The notes under the pieces: model-generated
What the model was told of the DNA's origin: nothing
What the model saw: only the letters and a program-made list of their open reading frames with translations
Databases searched by the model: none
In this document: positions 1 through 14,676 of the stretch, piece after piece
Layout: every line of letters begins with the position of its first letter
How positions within the stretch are numbered: position 1 is the stretch's first letter
Source: Eledone cirrhosa
Lineage: Eukaryota
DNA: 64,000 bases
NCBI GenBank assembly: GCA_964016885.1
Contig: OZ024748.1
Span: 34,844,001 to 34,908,000, forward strand
Direction: 5' to 3'
Program-made: the position numbers and the translations under genes

Positions 1-884
1 GATATTGTTGTTGCTGTTGTTGTCGTGGAAGCGGTTGTTGATGTTGGTGGCGGTGGTGTGGTGATATTTGTTCTGATAGTTTTGGTATTGGAGTTGTTTA
101 TACCTGAGTCCCGATTCAGTAGCCCTATGATGAAAAGCGCTCCAGCAGTGGCCATCTCATCTTGCTACGAGATACGTATGTTTTAAACTACGGTAACTAA
201 TGTGCCCAGTTTTTCAAGATGAAATATAAAAATTCTTGAAAGTTTAAAGGACTTAGGAAGGTTGTTGTTGCTTTACCGCTTCTTTTTAGAGCCGGTTGCT
301 GTCGAAACCTCTGGTATCGTTAGAGACCGAACAACATCCCACCTTAGAAAGAAGTCCTGGGAGTGGAGTGGTTGATGCAACGGGTGTCGCTGGCTGCTCT
401 CCGTGGCGAAACTTTCGTCAGTTTGTCCCCCCCCCCTCACACACTCTCTCAGGCACACAACTTGTGTGAGTCTGTGTGTGTGTATGAGTGTGTAAGAATG
501 TGTGCATACTTGAGAAAGTGTGATATATATATATTGAAAGGATATATACATATATGGTGGCTGCCAACTCGTTTTCGAGTACGGCCACTACTTCATATCC
601 ATGTAGGAGAACCCCTACTGATGCGCTGAACGAGTGTGACTTTTTAGTCCCGCCAGCGACTTGAAAATTCTGGTACAAACACTGCACTTGTGACAATTAT
701 TGACACATATTGCTGGGCCCATGGTACCATGTCACGACAAGTGCAGAGAGATCTCCAGATATATAGCAATGCCTGTGCCGTGAAGCTTTTATAGTGAGCA
801 AAGGCACTGCACAAAGCCAGTCCAACTCTCTTAACCAAGATGATATTTACCAAAAAGAAGAACAAGTCAACATCATTGGATACC

Positions 885-1905
<1,021 letters not shown>

Positions 1906-1929
1906 TACTGAAACTCTGTGATTGTGTGC

Positions 1930-2714
1930 AATTCCCCCTCTCTCACTAGACCACCAACTTCACACCCTCTCTCTATATCTCACTCGCTCTTACAATTCCC
2001 CCTCTCTCAGTAGCCCACCAAAATTCTCTACCCGCTCTCTATATTCCATTACATACCTCACTTTCTTTCACTCTTTTAATTCTCCCTCTTTTACTAGAGC
2101 AACAGATTCTCTCTCCTTCTATATACCTCACTCACTTTCACAATTTCCCCTCTCTCACTAAACCAACAAAATCTCTCCCCCTTACTTTATACCACTACAT
2201 ACCTCACTTTCTCACAATTCCCTCTCTCTCACTAGGCCACCAATCAATCTCCTCCTCTCTATATCCTACTACATACCACACTCTCTCACTCTCTTAATTT
2301 CCCCTTACTCCCTCTCTCTCTATCCTACTACATATCTCACTCTCTCCCACTCTCTTAATTCCCCCTTTCTCACTAAACCAACAAATTCTCTCCCGCTGTA
2401 TCTCACTACATACAACACACTCTCTCACAATTCCCCCTATCTTAGTAGACCACAAAATTCTCTCCCCCTCTTTATATTCCACTACATACTTCACTCTTTC
2501 ACTCTCTTAACTCCTCCTCTATCACTAGGCTAATAAACTCTCACCTCTCTCTATAACCCACTACATAAATCACTCTCTCTCACAATTGCCCCTCCCTCAC
2601 TAGACCACCAAATTCTCTCCCCTCTCTATGTCTGCTACACAGAACTCTCTTCCAATGCTGCTCTCTATATTTGATATGCAACACCATCTCCCAACCCCAC
2701 TATATCAATTACCA
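1930..2714. repeat. Degenerate C/T-rich minisatellite (motifs ccctctctcactagaccacc, tccactacatacctcac)
   Basis: Recurring diverged motifs; related sequence resumes at 8402-8560 after the LINE. Confidence 0.7.
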
Positions 2715-2916
2715 CTTGATATAGACGTGAATTACTTCACTCCGGATTTTTACGGATTATTGTCAAAAAAACTGTGAGTTCATTGATCAATTTAATAGCA
2801 TTGTTTAGTTTAACCCCTTGTCTGGGCTTTCAGACGTTGAGTCAACTAATTTTCGCCCCTTTCTGGGGCGAAATTTTCATTTTCATCTCAAAACTGTGTA
2901 GACTTGGTAGTCAGCA

Positions 2917-3963
2917 ATGGATGCCATTTCCACCTCGCACACTGTCGTGAGTGCCACGCCCACTAAGAAAAGTGGTGGAGGGAAGGTAGGAGTACAAAGC
3001 TTGCAGCCTTCTCCTCTCGCATTATCGAAAAACGTTGAAAATATTGAAACCACGAAACCAAACCCGGTAAATAATACCAGCACCAACAACAAGAACAATG
3101 ACAATAACACCACAACCAACAACTGTAACACCAAGGAAAACAAGAACAATATTACCAACAGTGACAGCAACAGCAGCAACAAAAAAGACAACAACACCAA
3201 AACAACATTCGCACAGACTGTAAAAAAAAACGAACTATACACGCCAATAGACATAACAAATGCTAAACAACTATTACAAGACGCAAAACAATTCGTGACT
3301 TTTGGCGAAAACGGTGCTTTTAGCATCAATTCTCCACAGGAATTACGTAGAGAGGCTGTCCTGAAAACCACAGTTTTCAGGACAATATCAAACGAAACAA
3401 GAAAACCAGCTCAATTATCACAAAATGAAATTGAGCTGGTTCTAAAAGATGCAATGAAGGACTTAACCTTCATACAAAAAGGTAAACTGTTTGGTAGCAT
3501 TTCGGTGCTAATGAACAACCAGTCAACAGCACAAAAGTACTCGGTATCACCCATTGTGTCCCCCCGCTTCACCTTTTTCCCCACATACAGGGGGAAAAGG
3601 ACACAAAGAATAAAAAGAATGAGTATCACACCAAATGTAAATATTTGGTGGAGACTATGTGGAATCATTTACTTTGATGAAGACAAGATAATTTCAATAG
3701 GAAAGTCCTCCGGAGGTGTATTTGGTGGGACCAGCGTAGAAGTTCTGGTGCAAATGAGCCCAGAACGAATAGCGAATATCCCACAACGCGTGCCTCTGGA
3801 CGGGCTAACTTATATAAACATTTCAGTGGAGGGAAGGCGGCCGTCATGTTACCACTGCTTAAGCAGGGGTCACCTGAGGGCTGCCTGTCCTCAATTAACG
3901 AGTCAAAAAAAGGGCTCTTCTGCCAACCCCGAACACAACAACACAACAACCACCACCACCACC

Positions 3964-3996
<33 letters not shown>

Positions 3997-4749
3997 CGGA
4001 AAACTAACAACACAAAACACTGTTCCACCCAACCCCTCCCCACCTAAAACAAATACAAAAGCAACCACAACAAAACCCCAAAATATACCCCTCCCCAACA
4101 ACACGGAAGAGGACTCCGTATCAATGTCCCCCAGTGACGACGAGGGAGAACCCTTTCAACAGGTGAAAAGGAAAAAAAAAGACACCACATTAACAAAAAT
4201 GCTACAAACACACAACCACCAGCACAAACAGAACAAACAGAACAAACAAAAAAACCCACCCCTCCCCAAAACATAACACATACTACAAAACGCAAACACG
4301 CACAAGAACAACAAACAAAAACAAACACAACACAACAAAAACTCTATACATACATTAACAAGAACAATAAAACGTTGATGAAAGCAATAGAAAATAACCC
4401 TTCGGTGGAAACCGAAGGGATCACTTTCACCTACGCAGCGAACAAACCACACCTAATGATGATTAGGGTCCCAACGAAAACCTATGTAACTTTGGAAAAG
4501 AACCATCCAATGCATGTGGGGACCAACTGCACCAAACCACTTAACAGCGTCCTATTGAGATGTTTCTCCACCCCCACACCAGACACCCACACCCCACCAA
4601 ACACCCAAATCCCACCACACACTGATGTCCCCAACCCACCACAAACCACCACCCCACTAAACAACCCTTCCAACACCCCCATGGAAATTGTGCAGCCTGG
4701 TCCCCAGGAGACGAAGAGGTTAGTAATTTCCTTTCCTCTTCCTTTTTAA
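2917..4749 (+). pseudogene. LINE ORF1 (gag-like nucleic-acid-binding protein), frame broken after the (ACC/ACA)n tract
   Basis: ORF 2917-4047 with VEGRRPSCYHCLSRGHLRAAC (CX2CX4HX4C); probable continuation 4375-4749 ends 15 nt before the ORF2 ATG. Confidence 0.75.
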
Positions 4750-4764
4750 CTCTTCAGCACCAAC

Positions 4765-7700
4765 ATGGCCAATATAAGAGTTGGATGTGTGAATGCACGC
4801 GGCCTGGGGATGTCCTGGAAACAGGGCAAACTCTTAAATGACCTCAGGTCGAGCAGAGTGGATGTAATGGTTATTTGCGAGTCCAGGATCAGCAGCGAGC
4901 GCCAACTGGTCCCCATCTTCGACGACTTTGAGATCTACGCATCTCTCTGTCAACCGGGGGGGGGTGTCGTTCTGCTGCGAAAATACCTGTGTCTCGCCAC
5001 ACAGAAGGTACACCTGGACCCGGAGGGTCGACTGGTGGTTTTAGACGTCGGCAGTGGTGAAGGTGGAGCTTTCAGGCTGGTGGCAGCGTATGCCCCATCT
5101 GGGACACCGCGACCGGACTTCTTCCGACGCCTGGAGAATTTCCTGGGAACGTCTCGCTCCTTGCTTTTAGTGGGGGACTGGAATGGTATCCTGGATGCAC
5201 GTTGGGACTATGTAGGGGCATGTCCTGATAGAGGGGGGTGTAACAGCCTCAAACGATTAACCGGCCGATTTGATCTGGCCGATAGATATCGACTAGATTT
5301 TCCGACTGTGCCACTGTGGACGTGGACTAATCTCAGCGGAACATCTAGGTCGTACCTAGATAGGTTCCTAGTTAGAAATAAGGATAGGGACATATTAAGC
5401 TGTCCACGAATGTTCATGGTTGACTATTCGGATCACAAGTTGGTGACCGGAGTGGTCAACCTTGATAGAACTCATAGACAGGGACCCGGTTACTGGAAGC
5501 TAAACTTGTCTTTACCGACAAACAAAGCTTACAGTGAGCGGATTAGCACACTAGTTAAGCAGCGTTTGACAGCAGGTGGTGGGGCTCTCTCAAGAGAGAA
5601 ATTAGAATAGAATCGATAGGTTTTAGTCGGGAATTAGCATCAGATAGGAATAGAACTGAAAGGGAATTAACAAATAGAGTAGAAGAGGCGATTAGGAGTG
5701 GCAACGTGGCCGGCGTGCTGGCGTCAAGAACGGCCCTAGACCAGTTCTTTGATGCGAAGCACGAGGGCTGCGTTGTCAGGAGTAAAATACGTGCTCTGGG
5801 TAACGAAGGAGCCAAAGCTGTTAGCTGGGCCCGAGTGACAGAGGCAAAAAGTGGAAACAAGTCCACGATTCGGTCTTTGAAGGACCAGGATGGACGCGTG
5901 ATCCTTGAACCTGAGCGGATTAGCGCAGCCTTTCAACGGCGCTTTGCACGACTGTTCGGGAGGGGCGGCGGGCCGTGTGGGGCCATGGATTTTGGTCCAG
6001 ACCTCGACGGTCTGGCGCGGCTCTCGGACGGGGAGGCGAAGTCCTGCGAGAGGCCGATTTCAGCCGCTGAAATAGGGGAAGCGCTGAGCCAATGCGGCAA
6101 ACGCAAATCTCCGGGTCTCGATGGTCTACCATACGAACTTTATGTAGCGATGCCGGGCTTGTTCTCCGGTCTCCTCGAGGCGGTCTACTGCAACTGGCAA
6201 CAGAACGGGAGAATTCCCAGTTCTGTGACCAAGGGCGTAGTCACGCTGGTGAGGAAGGACGAGAACAAGAGAGATGACATAGATAACTTCAGGCCCATAA
6301 CTCTGCTAAACACAGAGTTAAAGATGTTGGCCAAGGTGTTAGCGAAGAGGTTGGCGCTTGTCGTCAGGAACCTGGTGGGAGAAGCGCAGACATGCGCAAT
6401 CCCGTCCAGGTCCATAGACGACAACCTCCACCTCATGCGATACATCGTAGAGAGAGTAGGGAACGAACCCGGCTTTGGTGGGGCCCTGATCAACTTGGAT
6501 CAATCTAAGGCGTTCGATAGGGTTGACCATCGGTACCTGGATGCGGTGCTCGCGGCGGCAGGCTTCGGACCCGTTTTCAGGGGCTGGATTGCTGCAATGC
6601 ACATCAGCAACACTTGCTTGAGGGTCAATGTGAACGGCTACCTCTCGGAGCCGTTCCAAATCACGCGATTCATCCGACAGGGATGCCCTCTCTCCTCCCT
6701 CCTGTATGTGCTGGCTCTCGAGCCACTACTGCGGAAGCTGGAGCTGTTGCAGGGTATCCCCTTGGAACCGGGATTGCGGAAAGCGGTGTCAGCCTACGCC
6801 GATGACGTGACAGTGCGCCTCGGAAATCGGGCAGATCGGCATCTTACTGGAGGAATATAAAAGGTTCACAGGAGCGAAGCTGAACCGGGACAAGTCCGTC
6901 GGTTTGCAACTCGGGACGTGGAGGGGCAAACCGATGCCCTCCGACGGCATCGTCGGACGCTGGACGGAGGGACCGGTGAAGCTGCTCGGGGTCTGGTTCG
7001 GACCGGACCTCCAGGTGGAGAAAAGCTGGGACGAGGTAACGGGCAAGGTGTTTGCACTCGCCCAGAAGTGGGCCGAGTGCAAACTATCCCTGAAATGTCG
7101 AGCGGAGGTGGCGAACGCTTATATAGCGTCCGTTATCTACTACCGCTTGACCGGCGTGCCTTGCCCAGAGAAAACACTCGCCAAAATGGAGCGCGCGCTC
7201 TTCCGATTTCTTTGGAAGAAGAGGGCTCCTTTGGTGAGAAGATCCATCTGCTGTCAATACCCTTCGAACGGTGGGCTGGGGTTGCCGTGGCTGACGATGC
7301 GTAGACACGCATTAAGGCTACGGCACCTCCAGGTATTTTCTCACCGGTCAGCCGGTGTGGGCCCTGTTTGTGAGGCGAGCCTTTCCGAGACTCGTCTCAC
7401 TCACCGAGCTGCAATCCTGGGTCAAGCAAAGACCGAGAAAAGTGGGCGACTGGCACATTGAATGTGCACAGGCGCTCACGGCCCTCTGGCAAGCGGATCC
7501 GGTAATCAGTGGAGACTCAACCTCAACATTCTATAGAGGGTTGGTGCGCAGTAAGTGCGACGACGCTCTCGGAGAGGCTCTTGGCATAGATGAGCTGGCC
7601 AGTCTGTTCGGTAGGACGTTTGGCCCGGGACCGATGGACAACTTCCAAAAGTCCCTGGCTTGGCAATGTTACCGAGGAACTCTACCAGTTCGAGACAAGC

Positions 7701-8161
7701 TCTACAGACACGGGAGCCCGGGTAGGGACCCCTCGAAGAAGATCTGTCCGAGATACGTGCGTGACGAGGAAACCGTCGCACACGCATTCGTACACTGCCC
7801 GGGCGTTGCTGACCTGTGGGGCTATGTGGAACGACTACTGTCGCGGGTGGGACCAATCCGGTTGACCACCGAGTCCATTATTGCGATCAAACCTCCTCCC
7901 CCTTTCAAAAACGAAGGAGAGGCGCTTTTCCTCTGTGTGATAGCTATGGCGAAAGAAGTTGTATGGTGGACAAGGTTGAAAGGGCTGAGGTCAGACACCT
8001 TTCTCTCCGGCCAACAACTGGTCTTTTTTTTCAAGTACCACTTTAGAAGAAGGATCAGAATGGAGAGAGAGGTGCTCTACCCCAGCAAGTTTTATGAAAG
8101 GTGGGTGAAAGTAGCGAGAATGGCCCGAGTGAATGGGCCTTCTCTCTATATCAGCCTGTAG
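4765..8161 (+). pseudogene. LINE ORF2 (AP endonuclease + reverse transcriptase + zinc-binding tail) with about three frameshifts
   Basis: APE motifs NARGL, GDWN, SYLDRF, SDHK; RT motifs KSPGLDG, FRPITLLN, LDQSKAFDRV, RQGCPLS, YADD; tail CPRY..ETVAHAFVHC; frame changes near 5580, 6830 and 7350. Confidence 0.9.
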
Positions 8162-8401
8162 GTGAGAGAGGAGAAGAATGAGAAGAGGAAGGAAGCACCC
8201 GCTCTTTGTGCTCCTGAAGAGGAGGTTGCACATTTTTTCGGGGGGGTGTGCGACCCATGTCAACGCCCCTCCCTATTGAGGACATCGATTGTTAAATTTA
8301 ATTTGTTATATGTTTTTTACACGTCTTTTTAAATGTATGTAAACTCCCCCCTTTGTATTTGTCCCAATCTTTGATGCCCTGGTGGCAAATAAATAGAAAT
8401 T

Positions 8402-8560
8402 TATATCAATTACCAGCAAACTCTCCCCCTCTCTATAGCTACTACACGGAACTCTCTTGCAACCCCCCTCTATATCTATTAACATCAAACTCTCCCCCTC
8501 TGTATATCTGCTGCATGGAACTCTCTTACCAACGCCCCTCTCTATATCAATAACCATCAA
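8402..8560. repeat. Continuation of the C/T-rich minisatellite downstream of the LINE
   Basis: Motifs aaactctccccctct, gaactctctt and tatatcaat match the 2600-2714 flank. Confidence 0.6.
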
Positions 8561-8569
8561 TATATATAT

Positions 8570-10345
8570 GTGTTGGAGAGGAGGCACTGATAGAGAAGAT
8601 CAGAAGTGTGGAGAGAGCGGTTGACAGGTCTGGGTGTAAGAGAGCTGGATGATCATCAACGAGATCACAAGGAGGAAGAGAAGGTGTTCGAGTCAAATCC
8701 AGGGAACAGGGCCCGAGGATAGGAAGAGGAAATGACTAGACCATTTTAGGACACTACTAGGAGAGCCACCCTCCACAGCCCAGAGCACTGGGGAGATCAG
8801 GCGGCTGTTTGAAGAACTGGATATAGAGACAGAGCCCTTTACCAGAGAGGAGCTTCAGAGAGCCAAGAAGAGGATCAATGAGAGTAAGGCTCATGGAGAA
8901 GATGGAGTGGTATCAGAGGTGATGAAGAGGTATGATTTTGATGATATCATTCTGGGGTTCTGTAACCAGGCACTGGAGAAAGGAGTTGCCCCAAATCAGT
9001 GGAAGATCAGTAACATCGTCCCAGTGCCAAAGAGGGGAGATCTTTCTAACACCAAAAACTACAGTGGGACCTCACTGACGTCACTTGTGGCAAAGACCCT
9101 CAACAGGATGATTCTTAACAGAATCCAGCCTGAGATAGAGAAGAAGCTCAGAGACAACCAGAACGGCTTCAGAGAGGGAAGATCAACCACCAGTCACATC
9201 CTGATGCTGAGGAGGATATTAGAGGGAGATAGAGCAAAGTGCCTTCCTGCGGTCATGGTTTTCATTGACTTTAGGAAGGCCTTTGATTCTGTGGACCGTC
9301 ACTGCCTGATGAAGATCTTACAGGCTTATGGAAACCCCAAGAAGATAGTGGACCTGATATCATTGCTCTACACCAACACCAAAGCCCAAGTCATTACACC
9401 TGATGGGATGACAGAGTTCTTTAAGATACTGGCTGGAGTGCTCCAGGGAGATACATTGGCTCCCTACCTTTTTATCATCGTAGTGGACTATTGTATGCGC
9501 CTTGCACTGGAGAAACACCAGGACTCTCGCTTTACTGTAGCACCAGCTCAGAGCAGGAGAGTTAAGGCGAAAAGGATATCAGATGCTGAATTTGCCGACG
9601 ACATAGTTTTGGTGACAAATACAGTGAAGGAGGCAGAGGATTTGATGCAGGAGGTTGAGACTGTGTCGATGAGTGTGGGGCTGAGAATGAATGAGACTAA
9701 AACAAATATCTGGTAGAGAATGTTGAGAAGCCAGAAGGGATCACTAATGTAGGCGAGAAGCCGCTAGAATTGGTTGAGGACTTCCTGTATTTGGGAGCAA
9801 AGATTGGGAATACGGAAGATGATGTGGTTGAGAGAAAGAGCAAAGCCTGGGCGGCATGCCACAACTTGAGATCGGTGTGGAAGTCGGACCTACGTAAAGA
9901 CCTGAAAATCCGCCTCTTCATTGCTGTAGTGGAGTCTGTGCTGCTGTACGGGTCTGAGACTTGGATACTGACCAAGAAACTCACTCAAATGGTGGATGGG
10001 TGCTACACGAGAATGCTGAGGATGGCTCTGAACATTAATCAGTATACACTGAGGATGAAAAACTCAGAGGTATATGGGAACCTTCCAAAAGTCAGCTCAA
10101 AAGTGACACAGGGGAGACTGGGGTTAGCTGGACATTCTCGCCGATATCCAGAGTTGACATTGTACTCAGTGCTCCTGTGAGAGCCCCTACATGGACACAC
10201 TGGAAGAGGAAGACCAAGGTTAACGTATGTTGATGCCCTAAGGACAGACACTGGTCTGTTGGAGACGCAGGACATGGCAGCGATAATGAGGGACAGAGAC
10301 CGCTGGAGACAACTCGTCCATGGATCTCGGAAATTTTACCCGCCC

Positions 10346-10355
<10 letters not shown>
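8570..10355 (+). mobile_element. 5'-truncated RTE-like LINE (reverse transcriptase region), frameshifted
   Basis: ORFs 8907-9716 and 9770-10180 with QNGFREGRST, FIDFRKAFDSV, GVLQGDTLAPYLF, FADD, YLG, LLYGSETW; GRGRP-like coding then an A-tail running into (AT)n. Confidence 0.9.
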
Positions 10356-10377
<22 letters not shown>

Positions 10378-10709
10378 TACACGTGTATAAAAATATATAC
10401 ACATATACATATATATATATATATATGTGTGTGTCTGTGTGTGTATGTGTGTGTGTACGAGTAAGTGTGTATGTAAGTATATGTGACTGGCTGTCTATAT
10501 GACTATATAGCCGTCATCAATTGTCCTCCTATATAAACCATATTCCTATATACACGACGTGTCTCAATTCCAAGTCTTTCAGATATTACATTGTATTTAT
10601 TGTCATCGCAATAAAAGAAATAATGAGTTATGGGTTTTTTATAGTTTGTATATGTGTGTATGTATGTATACACACACATATATATATGTGGGTGTATGTG
10701 TGTGTGTAT

Positions 10710-10767
<58 letters not shown>

Positions 10768-11683
10768 CAATATATACACACACATATATATATACACAGA
10801 CACACACACACACATATATATATATACACTTATATATACACACACATATATATATATACACAGACACACACACACATATATACATATATATATATAGTAA
10901 TAATAATAAATTTGAAGACTAAAACGTATATATACACAGACACACATATATATATATATATTTATATATATATACACCTATATATACACAGACACACGCA
11001 TATATATATATATACACCTATTTACACACACACATATATACACACATATATATATATATATATGCACCTATTTACACACACATATATCTACACACACACA
11101 TATATATATATATTATATTGTATATATTTATGTCAATCTAATATATATCTACACTTGTTTTTTTACCTGTCTTTCGTGTTGTTGTTTCCTTGTCAATTTT
11201 GCAAATATATATATGGGGCGGGTATGTGTGTGGGTGGGGTGGGGGTATGCGTGTGGGGAGGTCTCTGTGTGTGTATATGTGTGGGGTGTGTGTGTGTGTG
11301 ATGTGTGTGGAGGGGTGTATATGTTTGTGGGGGGGTATGTGTGTGGGGGTTTGTGTGTGGGGTGTGTATATGTGTGTGTAGGGTGTGTGTGTGGGGGTGT
11401 GGGTGTATGGATGTGTGGGGGGTATATGTTGGTGTGTGTGTGTGTGTGTGTGTGTGTTGAGAAGATAGAGAAACAGACAGAGAGAAGCGATTCTGAAATA
11501 AAGTGTTATCAACATATATTTCTCAATATGGCGGCTTCCTTTCAGGCTGTTTAATCTCCAACAAATACCAACAATCTTTTATTTCTTCATTTTCTTTTGT
11601 ATTTCATTGTTTTGTTTTTATTTTGAAGGTGGAGGGGGTGGTGTGCATATATCTGTAGACGGTGTGTATATATATGTAGGGGT

Positions 11684-11733
<50 letters not shown>

Positions 11734-12245
11734 GGGGAGGTGTATATATATATATGTAGGGGTGGTTTATATATGTAGGTGTGGTGTGTATATATCGGTA
11801 GGGGTGGTGTGTATATATATGTAGATGGTGTGTGTATATATGTAGGGATGGTGTATATATCGGTAGACGGTGTGTATATATATGTAGGGGTGGTGTATAT
11901 ATATCTGTAGACGGTGTATATATATCGGTAGACGGTGTGTATATATATGTAGGGGTGGTGTGTATATCTGTAGGGGTGGTGTATATTTATGTAGATGGTG
12001 TGTATATATCTGTAGATGGTGTGTATATATATGTAGATGGTGTGTATATATATGTAGGGGTGGTGTGTATATATCTGTAGACGGTATGTATATATCTGTA
12101 GGGGTGGTGTATATATATCGGTAGATGGTGTGTATATATATGTAGGGGTGGTGTATATATATATTATATAACTGTAGGTGTGGTGTATATATATATATAT
12201 TATATAACTGTAGGTGTGGTGTATATATATATATATATATTATAT
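10356..12245. repeat. Microsatellite/low-complexity region, including a tgtag(ggg/at/ac)ggtgtgtatatat minisatellite at about 11640-12160
   Basis: Direct inspection; short unique stretches are interspersed. Confidence 0.8.
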
Positions 12246-13449
12246 AATGAAAAATTGAACAGGGACAGAACAGAGAGGCAGTACGATAAATGTTTATTAA
12301 ATTCACGCTCAGGAGAGTGGGGGGTAGGTGGGGGACGACATTTTGGGCATAAGCCCTTCTTCGGGTGAGAAGTGTGTGGGAACAGAGTTCAAAAGGTGTG
12401 TAGGAGAGTGGTGGAGAGACATATAGCGAAAGGAAACGGTGCGAATGAAAAATTAACAAATAAAGACAAAAATATAATAAATAATAAATAAAAATAAAGC
12501 ATGATCAAAATACAAGGAATGAGAAAATTTAAAAATAAAGGCATGATCAAAATAAACTGAAATTAAAAGGGGGGTAAACAGGTGGTGGAAGGGTGTGGGG
12601 TGAGTAGGGGTGGTGGCGGGTGGAGTGGGGAGAGGGAGACGGGGTGTCCGAGCAGGGAGGGCTGAAGGTGGTGTGTGTGGTTAGGTGTGCGTGTGTGTGT
12701 GTGTGTGTGTGTATGTGAAAGTGAGGGTTGGGGGAAGAACGGGGTTGCATGTTCAGGAAGGTGTGGGGGGGTCGGAGGGTCTGTGCGTGTGTGGATAGGG
12801 GGGGGAGAGGAATCAGGGGGCTGAGGGTGTAAATATGTGGTGGGAAGCACGTGTGTGTAGTTTAAGCGTGTTGTGGGTGTGGGTGGCGTGTGGATAAAAA
12901 AATGTTTTGGGGTGTGTGTGGGTGAGTTATATAGGTGATGGTGTAAGAGGATGGTTGAAAAGTTGGTAAGTTACACGGATGTATGGAGATTTTGGTTAGA
13001 AGTCAATAACGCGTGTGGGTAATCCAAGAAGCGGTGGTCGGAAGAGGAGAGATGTGGGGTGCGCGCGCAACAGGAAGTGGTCAGCAGTGGAAGTGCTGTG
13101 GTCAGTTGGTGCTGAGACAGTGGTCGGAAGGGCATAGCAGCAGTCGGCGGAATGGTAGGGGGGCGAGGATGGGTAGGTGTGAGAGTTGGAGTGAGGAGGG
13201 GGGGGGGGGTATTAGTAGGGGTGTTAGTGGGATGAGTGAGTGTGGAGCGGGGAGAGAAGGGTGTGTGTGGTTCTATGGAGGGAGTGTGGTGTACTGGTGT
13301 GTGTGTAGTTTGGTGAAGAGGTGTTAGTGGGTGTTAGTATACGGGAGGTGGGGAGGGGTGGAATGCAGGTGTGAGTGGGGGTTAGTGGGGGTAGGGTGTG
13401 TAGAGTTGGTGGTGTACGAGGGTGTGTGGGTACGTGTGCGTGGGGTTGG

Positions 13450-14030
13450 ATAACTGTAGGTGTGGTGTATATATATTATATAACTGTAGGTGTGGTGTAT
13501 ATATATATATATTATACTGTAGGTGTTGTATATATATATATATTATATAACTGTAGGTGTGGTGTATATATATTATATAATTGTAGGTGTGGTGTATATA
13601 TATATATTTATAACTGTAGGTGTGGTGTATATATATATATATATTATATAACTGTAGGTGTGGTGTATATATATATATTTATAACTGTAGGTGTGGTGTA
13701 TATATATATATATATTTATAACTGTAGGTGTGGTGTATATATATATATATTTATAACTCTAGGTGTGGTGTATATATATATATATTTATAACTGTAGGTG
13801 TGGTGTATATATATATATTTATAACTCTAGGTGTGGTGTATATATATATATATTATATAACTGTAGGTGTGGTGTATATATATATATATATTATATAACT
13901 GTAGGTGTGGTGTATATATATATATATATATTATATAACTGTAGGTGTGGTGTATATATATATATTATATAACTGTAGGTTTGATGTATATATATATATA
14001 TATATATTATATAACTGTAGGTGTAGTGTA
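13450..14030. repeat. Minisatellite ataactgtaggtgtggtg(ta)n with variable (TA) spacer
   Basis: Roughly 17 copies; the same unit occurs at about 12165-12245. Confidence 0.9.
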
Positions 14031-14045
14031 TCTTATATGTTTCAG

Positions 14046-14149
14046 TCACTTTACTCCATCAAATATATTTTACAAACACTACCAAGATGGTGCAATATTT
14101 TGTCGAAGACCTATCAGCCATAGCTGAGATATTCCAATGGAGGCCATAG
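14046..14149 (+). CDS. Putative terminal coding exon of an unidentified gene (..TLLHQIYFTNTTKMVQYFVEDLSAIAEIFQWRP*)
   Basis: Acceptor-like tgtttcag ending at 14045, protein-like open frame to TAG 14147-14149, AATAAA near 14853; no homolog recognised. Confidence 0.3.
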
Positions 14150-14676
14150 AAGGCCTATCAGCCATAGGTGAGATGTTCCAATGGAGGCCATAGAAGGCCT
14201 ATCAGCCATAGCTGAGATATTCCAATGGAGGCCATAGAAAACCTATCAGCCATAGCTAAGATGTTCCAATGGAGGTCATAGAAGGCCTATCAGCCATAGC
14301 TGAGATATTCCAATGGAGGCCATAGAAGACCTATCAGCCATAGCTGAGATATTCCAATGGAGGCCATAGAAGACCTATCAGCCATAGCTGAGATATTCCA
14401 ATGGAGGCCATAGAAGGCCTATCAGCCATAGCTGAGATGTTCCAATGGAGGTCATAGAAGACCTATCAGCCATAGCTGAGATATTCCAATGGAGGCCATA
14501 GAAGACCTATCAACCATAGCTGAGATGTTCCAATGGAGGCCATAGAAGGCCTATCAGCCATAGCTGAGATGTTCCAATAGGGGCCATAGAAGGCCTATCA
14601 GCCATAGCTGAGATGTTCCAATGGAGGCCATAGAAGACCTATCAGCCATAGCTGAGATGTTCCAATGGAGGCCATA
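14105..14676. repeat. 44-bp tandem repeat, about 13 copies (gaagacctatcagccatagctgagatattccaatggaggccata)
   Basis: Period 44 measured between cctatcagcc at 14110 and 14154. Confidence 0.95.

Larger units (their letters stand above)
2715..8401 (+). mobile_element. Apparently full-length, inactivated L1/Tx1-clade non-LTR retrotransposon
   Basis: ORF1 with a CCHC knuckle, ORF2 with APE, RT and a C-terminal Cys/His motif; AATAAA near 8387; direct repeat tatatcaattacca at 2701-2714 and 8402-8415. Confidence 0.88.
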
